In this document: one piece after another, positions 57,565 through 64,000 of the stretch
Position numbering within the stretch: the first letter of the stretch is position 1
Layout: each line of letters opens with the position of its first letter
DNA from: Bythopirellula sp.
GTDB lineage: Bacteria > Planctomycetota > Planctomycetia > Pirellulales > Lacipirellulaceae
Length of the DNA: 64,000 nt
Assembly (NCBI GenBank): GCA_965216565.1
Contig: OZ244170.1
Coordinates: 3,104,001-3,168,000 of the forward strand
Direction: 5' to 3'
The notes under the pieces: model-generated
Databases searched by the model: none
What the model saw: only the letters and a program-made list of their open reading frames with translations
What the model was told of the DNA's origin: nothing
Program-made: the position numbers and the translations under genes

Positions 57565-58754
57565 TGCTCCGTAGGGATCATCTCGCAAACGAACACCGGC
57601 AGATGAAATTCAACAGGCGTGGCCCGTATCTGTTTCTCTTGAAGCAAACGATTCTGCTCTGCCCTGTCCTACTCACATCAGCAGTGTTGGGAGCAGAGCC
57701 ACCTGCCCGGCAACCGGTTCGGGGAGTTTGGGTGGCCAATGTTGCCTCTTCCGCACTTTCGAGCCCCCAGGCCATCCGGGATTTCGTAAATTTAGCGCAC
57801 AGCTGCCATCTAAATACACTATATGTTGTGTGCTGGAATCGCGGTCACACAACATATCCGAGCGAGGTGATGCAGCGTCACTTTGGGAAGAAGTGCGATC
57901 CACGCTATGCCGACTTCGATATGCTCGCCGAGATTACGTCAGCGGCTCACGCAAAGCAGATTCGCGTGATTGCTTGGTTCGAGTTCGGCTTTTCCTGCTC
58001 TTACGGAAGACCCGACGGCGGCCATATCATCCAAAAATATCCACACTGGGCAGCACGTAACAAGGATGGAAAGCTGGCTTCGAAGAACAATTTCCAATGG
58101 ATGAACGCTTTCCATCCCGAAGTGCAGGATTTCATGCTTTCTCTCGTCAAGGAAGTTGTCGAGAAATACCCCGTCGACGGCATCCAAGGCGACGACCGCC
58201 TGCCGGCCTGCCCTAGCCTGGCAGGATATGATGAATGGACCCTCGACTTCTATTCCAAAGAACACCAGGGCCGCACTCCTCCGGAAGATCATTTCGACAA
58301 GGATTGGGTCAACTGGCGAGCAGGCCTACTTAACGATTTCGCCAAGCGGATGCATTCTGAGTTGAAAGCAATCTCATCAGACATCGTAATCTCCGCGGCA
58401 CCCAGCATCTTTCCCTGGAGCAAAGAGCAGTACCTTCAAGATTGGCCAACCTGGCTAGAACAAGGTTGGGTTGACGAGGTATGCCCGCAAGTCTATCGCG
58501 ACAATGTCGAGAGCTACCGCAAAGAAATCCAACTTATTGTTGAGAAACAAGTCTCGAGTGAAAATCAAAAGCACGTCTATCCTGGAATCTTGATCCAAAC
58601 TTCAGAGCGTGTGCATATTCGGCCTGAGACCATCAAAGATATGGTTGCCATAAATCGCAGTGCCGGTTTCTCGGGAGAAGTGTTTTTCTACGATGCGGCG
58701 CTCCGAGCCCAGCCCAGGCTTTTTCAAGAGCTTTATTCCAAGCCTCTTGAATAG
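57564..58754 (+). CDS. GHL10 (DUF187) glycoside hydrolase
   Basis: VRGVW, AWFEFG, WMNAFHPEV, DGIQGDDR, QDWP.W, PQVYR. Confidence 0.9.
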   Translation: MLRRDHLANEHRQMKFNRRGPYLFLLKQTILLCPVLLTSAVLGAEPPARQPVRGVWVANVASSALSSPQAIRDFVNLAHSCHLNTLYVVCWNRGHTTYPSEVMQRHFGKKCDPRYADFDMLAEITSAAHAKQIRVIAWFEFGFSCSYGRPDGGHIIQKYPHWAARNKDGKLASKNNFQWMNAFHPEVQDFMLSLVKEVVEKYPVDGIQGDDRLPACPSLAGYDEWTLDFYSKEHQGRTPPEDHFDKDWVNWRAGLLNDFAKRMHSELKAISSDIVISAAPSIFPWSKEQYLQDWPTWLEQGWVDEVCPQVYRDNVESYRKEIQLIVEKQVSSENQKHVYPGILIQTSERVHIRPETIKDMVAINRSAGFSGEVFFYDAALRAQPRLFQELYSKPLE

Positions 58755-59055
58755 CCCGAGACCTAGAAGACCAATAGCCACGGACGACTATTTTTTCTGG
58801 TCCATTTCCTAGGCTGAATATGCTCCGGTAGAAGCACCTCTCCATCTACCGACATATTTCTTTGATGCGGTGCTGGCCTATCCATCTATTCTCAGCATGT
58901 TGGTGGTTGCATATTCAACGCGGCGTGATTGCCAACGTCGATTGTCACAACTACACTCCACCTAGTCCGAGCTTTGCAGTTCCTATTCCAACTTGTACAC
59001 GACCGTGAGAAGCGATCTTCGAACATTATCTCAATACATTGGATAGCGAGAAACC

Positions 59056-60654
59056 ATGAAAGCATCAGGCGTACTAATTCGCAGTTCGATCATCGCGGCC
59101 TTGGGTGGGCTTCTCTTTGGGTTTGACACGATTGTCATCTCTGGTGCGGAACAGAAATTCCAAGCCCTGTGGGATTTGGATGACACGCTGCATGGATGGG
59201 CTATGAGTTCCGCGCTATGGGGCACTGTGCTTGGAGCGCTCGCAGGCAATATCCCGACCGATCGATTCGGACGAAAAGGGACATTGCTGTGGATTGGTGT
59301 ATTCTTCTTCGTCTCTGCAGTTTGGTCTGGAATGGCCACAGACGTTTATTCGTTTATGATCGCCCGATTTATCGGGGGTGTTGGCGTGGGAGTGTCGACC
59401 GTTGCGGCCCCCCTCTACATCTCGGAGATCTCACCAGCCAGCATGCGTGGTTGGCTGGCTGGGCTTTTTCAATTCAATATCGTGTTTGGCATTCTGCTTG
59501 CCTTCATGTCGAATTCGATACTTGAGGGGACCAGCGAGAACGATTGGCGGTGGATGCTTGGTGTCGAGGCTATTCCAGCCATTGCGTACACCCTATTTAC
59601 GTTTGCGATTCCGGAGAGCCCCAGGTGGCTGATTGGCATGAAGGGACGCCGTCAGGAAGGCGGAGAGATACTTGCCAAAATCAATCCCGACTCATCTGCG
59701 GAGGAAATTGACGCGGCCGTCGAGCGAATTGTCCAGGCTGCTGAGGTAGAAGAGCAAGCAACCGGTGGCACAGTGTTCTCGTCCCGTTTGAGAACGCCCA
59801 TCCTGCTTGCTTTCCTGGTGGCTTTCTTCAATCAGCTTTCTGGTATCAACGCCATCCTCTACTTCGCACCGCGAATCTTAGGTATGGCTGGCTTGGAAGA
59901 TCCTCGCTTGGGCCAAATTGGTATCGGGTTCGTCAATCTGGTGTTTACCATGCTGGGACTTTGGCTCATCGACCGTGCTGGTCGACGCAGCCTGCTGCTG
60001 ATTGGTTCGATTGGCTATATCACTTCCTTGGCAGTCGTGGCAGCAATGTTCTTCACGAACGAGAGTTCCTTGAAAGTCGCTGGCGAGGCATTGGCACTGC
60101 AGGGTGCGGAGGAGAAACTCCAAGCCGCAGAAGACGCGGGCACAACCGGGCGAGTGTTCGATTCTATTCAAGCCAAGGCCACGGCAGCAAGAGAAGCGTT
60201 TCTCATTGCAACGGCCCAGGAAGACTACAAAGGCGAGCGATTCGATTTTAGTAAGAACGCTAGCCACGACGAAATACTAACGGCTGCCTCTCAGGCAGCT
60301 GAAGAGGCGATTGATCAGGTAGGCAACAGTAGCCTGGTTGTACTAATAGGAATCTTCGCCTTCATCGCCTCACACGCAATTGGGCAAGGTGCGGTAATCT
60401 GGGTATTGATCTCAGAAATATTCCCAAACGAACATCGCGCCGTGGGCAATTCCATCGGTTGCGGGACCCATTGGATTTTTGCCGCCTTGATCACGATGTT
60501 CTTCCCCGTGGCCATCAACAGCTTCTCGCCTGGCTATGTATTTGCCTTCTTTGCGGGGATGATGGTCTTACAACTCATCTGGGTGATCACCATGGTGCCA
60601 GAGACGAAGGGCATTTCGCTTGAAGAAATCCAGAAACAGCTTGGAATCGAATAG
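59056..60654 (+). CDS. Sugar porter family MFS transporter
   Basis: GGLLFGFD, DRFGRK, PLYISE, PESPRWL, NQLSGIN, SEIFP, PETKG. Confidence 0.95.
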   Translation: MKASGVLIRSSIIAALGGLLFGFDTIVISGAEQKFQALWDLDDTLHGWAMSSALWGTVLGALAGNIPTDRFGRKGTLLWIGVFFFVSAVWSGMATDVYSFMIARFIGGVGVGVSTVAAPLYISEISPASMRGWLAGLFQFNIVFGILLAFMSNSILEGTSENDWRWMLGVEAIPAIAYTLFTFAIPESPRWLIGMKGRRQEGGEILAKINPDSSAEEIDAAVERIVQAAEVEEQATGGTVFSSRLRTPILLAFLVAFFNQLSGINAILYFAPRILGMAGLEDPRLGQIGIGFVNLVFTMLGLWLIDRAGRRSLLLIGSIGYITSLAVVAAMFFTNESSLKVAGEALALQGAEEKLQAAEDAGTTGRVFDSIQAKATAAREAFLIATAQEDYKGERFDFSKNASHDEILTAASQAAEEAIDQVGNSSLVVLIGIFAFIASHAIGQGAVIWVLISEIFPNEHRAVGNSIGCGTHWIFAALITMFFPVAINSFSPGYVFAFFAGMMVLQLIWVITMVPETKGISLEEIQKQLGIE

Positions 60655-60704
60655 AAGATTTCGGCACTAAATGACAGTGCAACCAATTGTTGGATAGCGA
60701 ACCA

Positions 60705-61760
60705 CTACTCTTGCTTCATAGCCCAAGCCAAGGCTCCGATGACCGGTGCCGAATCGCCGCAAACGCTAAATTCAAGTCGATCTAGATTCCGGAAACCGTC
60801 GAGGGCGTATTCATGGTACGCCTCCTCGGCAATCTTTTTGTACCTGTCACGGACGTCTGGGGCCAAATCGCAAACGCCACCACCGATTACCAGGCGGTCG
60901 TAATCCCCCAGGTAGTTGGCATTCAGCAGAGTGATGCCCAGTGCCCGAGCCTGGTCGTCGAAAAGCTGCGTGGCAAGCGCGTCGCCATCGGCCGCCAATT
61001 CGCGTAGTCGCTTCGCTTTGTCTTTGATGGTTCCTTCGGCTGAATTCAGCGGATTGTCTTTCCATTCGTCGAGTGACAACCGATACTCAAGCTGATGGGC
61101 AAGTGCAGTCAGTGAAATCGCCGACTCGGCGGCAGCATAGGTATTGCCGACTTTTAGCTTCCGGTCGTGGGCATGTCGAAATGCGAATTCAGGCAGCAAA
61201 ATGTGGCCAATATGCCCCGCACGTCCCTCACGTCCACGAATGGGCTCGCCACCCATCACTGCGCCCCCGCCCAATCCTGTCCCAACGATCACCATGAACA
61301 GTGAGTTCAAATCTTCATTAGGCAGAGAATCAGTAGGGACATCATCCCAAGAAATGAGCCGCCTCCGAACCACATACTCCCCCAAAGCGGCCGCCTGCCC
61401 ATCGCCGAGGTAGCGGACGTTCAACTTAGGGGCGTGCTCTTGCAGCGCACTCTCTAGTTCTGCACGGATCGGAAATTGATCCCAAAACTCTGGGTTCAAG
61501 TTCGGCGTCATATGCAATACGCCGTCGTGAGACGCGGGCCCCGGCGTTGCCAGCCCCACGGTGGGTACATCGTCTAGCGATGCGCCAAGCCCCTCTATCT
61601 GAGCAATAATTTGCTGAACGATGGCTTCGATAACCGGCGCCGGGCCCTGATCGGGCGAAGTGGGAAACTGATCGGAAACCGATTGCACGCAGTGGTGCTC
61701 ATCACCAATAGCGAGCGTGCTGGTCGTTCCGCCGATATCGACACCAATGAAATGCGGCAT
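60705..61760 (-). CDS. ROK family sugar kinase
   Basis: GVDIGGT, GLATPG, D..AAALGE, GTGLGG, IGGG. Confidence 0.88.
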   Translation of the reverse strand: MPHFIGVDIGGTTSTLAIGDEHHCVQSVSDQFPTSPDQGPAPVIEAIVQQIIAQIEGLGASLDDVPTVGLATPGPASHDGVLHMTPNLNPEFWDQFPIRAELESALQEHAPKLNVRYLGDGQAAALGEYVVRRRLISWDDVPTDSLPNEDLNSLFMVIVGTGLGGGAVMGGEPIRGREGRAGHIGHILLPEFAFRHAHDRKLKVGNTYAAAESAISLTALAHQLEYRLSLDEWKDNPLNSAEGTIKDKAKRLRELAADGDALATQLFDDQARALGITLLNANYLGDYDRLVIGGGVCDLAPDVRDRYKKIAEEAYHEYALDGFRNLDRLEFSVCGDSAPVIGALAWAMKQE

Positions 61761-61966
61761 TGAGCCTCCTAAAACAATGTGGAAAAGACGATTATGGAAA
61801 AAATCGCCGCAGCGTGCCAGAGGCGCGCGACCAAATAGATAGAATCCGCCAACTACTGTTGAACAACAGACGGCATTTCGAGTCGATAGAGAGAGTTATC
61901 AGATCTCAGTTTTTCTAAACAGTCGAATAGCAACCAAGAACCTATTTGGCTCAGCTACTCACTGAC

Positions 61967-62923
61967 TCATTTTTTGTTGACAGGCTCAAAATCGATGGTG
62001 TCGGCCTGTTTGTCTTTGCTGTCTCGATCGGAAGCAATCATTTCGCCGAGGGGTACCTCCGCTTCGACAAATGCCTCGCGTTCGGCCAACTCTGGAGAAT
62101 CGAACTGGGAAACTATAACCGTGATGTTGTCCTTTCCGCCGTGATCATTAGCCTTTTTGACCAATTCATGGCAAGCATCTTCAGCGGAACAGTCAGAATT
62201 CATCACTTCTGTCATCTCATCGTGCGAGACCATGTCGTACAGCCCATCGGTGCAAAGCAGTAGTCCGTCGCCGCTGGTTAACGAGATGCGATAGCAATCG
62301 ACCAATAACTTTTCTGATTTGCCACCGAGAGCATTCCAGAGCCAGTGACCGCGAGGGGTTTCTCTTGCTTTCTCTTCTGTCATCTGTGCCGACTTGCTAA
62401 GCGCCTGGCCTACCGTGTGATCCTCGGTCACCGCAGTCAATTTCTGGTCTCGCAGCAGATAACATCGGCTGTCTCCCACGTGGACAACGAATGCCCGCGG
62501 CCAAACGATGTAGGCCATCGTAAGAGTGGTGCCCATGTTTTGCCGTGTTGGATCTTGGCCAGCGGCGAGATGGATCTGATCTTGGCAATACTTGAGAGCT
62601 TCTCTGAGCTCGTCTTCGAAGTCTGCTTCTGAACCCTCTTCCAATCGAAAGCACCAGGCTAAGCTGTTCAGCACATAGGTTGTGAGTTTGTCGACCGCTA
62701 CCGTGCTAGCCCTTTCTCCATCTGCCTCGCCACCCATCCCATCGGCGACAAGGAGCAGTTTCCCTTGAGAACCACCATAGATTCTCGTTTGATTATCCAA
62801 CCTGAGGCTTGTTCGGTGGACCTTTAGCGACTTATTCAAGTCAGCTATGAGGTACTGATCTTGATTGGTCGGGCGTTTCAGCCCTTGATCGGTTAGCCCA
62901 AAACAATCCATTCGTGTCAGCAT
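61967..62923 (-). CDS. PP2C-family protein phosphatase
   Basis: R..NQD, VADGMGG, MGTT, HVGDSR, LCTDGL, DNITV. Confidence 0.93.
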   Translation of the reverse strand: MLTRMDCFGLTDQGLKRPTNQDQYLIADLNKSLKVHRTSLRLDNQTRIYGGSQGKLLLVADGMGGEADGERASTVAVDKLTTYVLNSLAWCFRLEEGSEADFEDELREALKYCQDQIHLAAGQDPTRQNMGTTLTMAYIVWPRAFVVHVGDSRCYLLRDQKLTAVTEDHTVGQALSKSAQMTEEKARETPRGHWLWNALGGKSEKLLVDCYRISLTSGDGLLLCTDGLYDMVSHDEMTEVMNSDCSAEDACHELVKKANDHGGKDNITVIVSQFDSPELAEREAFVEAEVPLGEMIASDRDSKDKQADTIDFEPVNKK

Positions 62924-63223
62924 GTTTCTAAATCCGATATGTCAAGTCGATAGGTTCATCCACGTGAGCGGATCGCTGTGCGTCTTGTTCTGCAGATGTT
63001 GTGCTCAACAAGTCTAATCTATTTCTTGCTCAAACGTACAATTTTGCCTGGGGCGAAAGCGAGATCTTGAAGTCTAGCTATCTAGTACATATTCCATTTT
63101 GTCGATCTAGGAACTTGTCGACCAATCTCGTCTGCCTATAAACCCTAAAACAGAAATCGTCTGTCGTATGGGGATATTCCTGACAGGCGCAGCACGACCA
63201 ACTAACGCGAAATAGGTATAACT

Positions 63224-63694
63224 ATGAAATTCAAGCGTGACATGCTCGACTCGTCCACAACCGAAAAAGTGGGAGGTATTCTCCAGCAACGCCTGGTAGA
63301 TCTGATTGATCTTGCGCTTCAATTGAAGCAGGCTCATTGGTGCGTCGTAGGAAATAACTTTAGGGCTGTGCATCTCCAACTGGACGAAATTATCCTTACC
63401 GTACGAGATGCAAGCGATGAAGTCGCCGAGCGACTTTCCACGTTGGGATTGGCACCAGATGGACGCGCCAAGACAGTTGCCCAAGGCTCTCAATTGGAAG
63501 ATATGTCGGGTGAATTCCAGATTGTGTCTGATTCTGTCACTGCTGTTGCGGATAGAATCAAATCTACGACGCAAGGCTTACGCGACTCGATTGGGGAACT
63601 GGGAGACTTAGACCCTATTAGTGAGGATTTGCTAATTGCCGTCACTAGCGGCTTGGAAAAGCATCTCTGGATGGTACAAGCTCAGGAAGTGTAA
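63224..63694 (+). CDS. dps: Dps family DNA-protection ferritin-like protein
   Basis: KQAHW.V.G.NF..VH..LDE, D.VAER, KHLW. Confidence 0.92.
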   Translation: MKFKRDMLDSSTTEKVGGILQQRLVDLIDLALQLKQAHWCVVGNNFRAVHLQLDEIILTVRDASDEVAERLSTLGLAPDGRAKTVAQGSQLEDMSGEFQIVSDSVTAVADRIKSTTQGLRDSIGELGDLDPISEDLLIAVTSGLEKHLWMVQAQEV

Positions 63695-63762
63695 GTGAAT
63701 CGCAGGAAATAGTTGTCATATTTTACAAAACTATAAGAAGCAGATTGCGACGTAAGGTACCC

Positions 63763-64000
63763 ATGAGCGAATCGAAAAAGCCAGTGGCGCTAATTACCGG
63801 CAGCGGTCGCGAGCGCGTGGGCAACGTCATTGCCAATTTCCTAGCGGAACGCGGCTATAGCATCGCACTTCACTACCACTCTTCTGAGGAAGAGGCTATC
63901 CAATCTCGCGATGAGCTCCGAGAGGCGGGACACAAATGCGAAGCTTACCAAGCCGATGTGGCTTCGCAATCAGCCGTTGAGAAGATGGTCGACAAGGTGA
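63763..64000 (+). CDS. SDR oxidoreductase (pteridine-reductase-like), 5' part (truncated by window end)
   Basis: MSESKKPVALITGSGRERVG..IA..LA.RGYSIALHY. Confidence 0.8.
   Translation, partial: MSESKKPVALITGSGRERVGNVIANFLAERGYSIALHYHSSEEEAIQSRDELREAGHKCEAYQADVASQSAVEKMVDKV

Noticed and set aside
61775..61810. Partial match to the XylR-type motif (ATTATGGAAAAAATCGCCGC) upstream of the ROK gene
   Set aside because: Wrong orientation for that gene, and the CGC units and -10 spacing are not preserved.
14215..62923. Kinase, FHA activator and PP2C as one signalling system
   Set aside because: They lie tens of kb apart, and these families are abundant in planctomycetes.

Overview
Bacterial chromosome segment whose gene content points to a planctomycete (Pirellulales/Lacipirellulaceae-like). 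It has eight PEP-CTERM proteins, a DUF1559 prepilin-like gene, a Hanks-type kinase and a GldA/GldFG/DUF4340 ABC module. Housekeeping genes (metF, glgP, cysC, lpxK, nadB, tRNA-Pro, dps) alternate with accessory blocks. Main observations: (1) A candidate selenoprotein. An FG-GAP lipoprotein is split by one in-frame TGA (W-TGA-C, a vicinal UC motif) followed by a SECIS-like hairpin, and lies directly upstream of a DsbD-alpha-like CxxxxC lipoprotein. (2) A ~207-bp direct repeat with mostly synonymous differences, which suggests a PEP-CTERM gene was captured by recombination at the constant sorting tail. (3) An ~18-kb XylR-centred locus that looks like a murein/amino-sugar scavenging system, with two GHL10 hydrolases, a divergent AnmK, a symporter, oxidoreductases and DUF1559. 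Both of its promoters share a 27-bp motif placed 31 nt before the -10 element. (4) A CxxCH-type NrfA with NrfH, a GH9-CE4 fusion, a surface-sorted GH25 lysozyme, a candidate ~100-nt structured RNA and an unannotated 49-aa ORF. All family calls come from reading motifs by eye; no searches were run.
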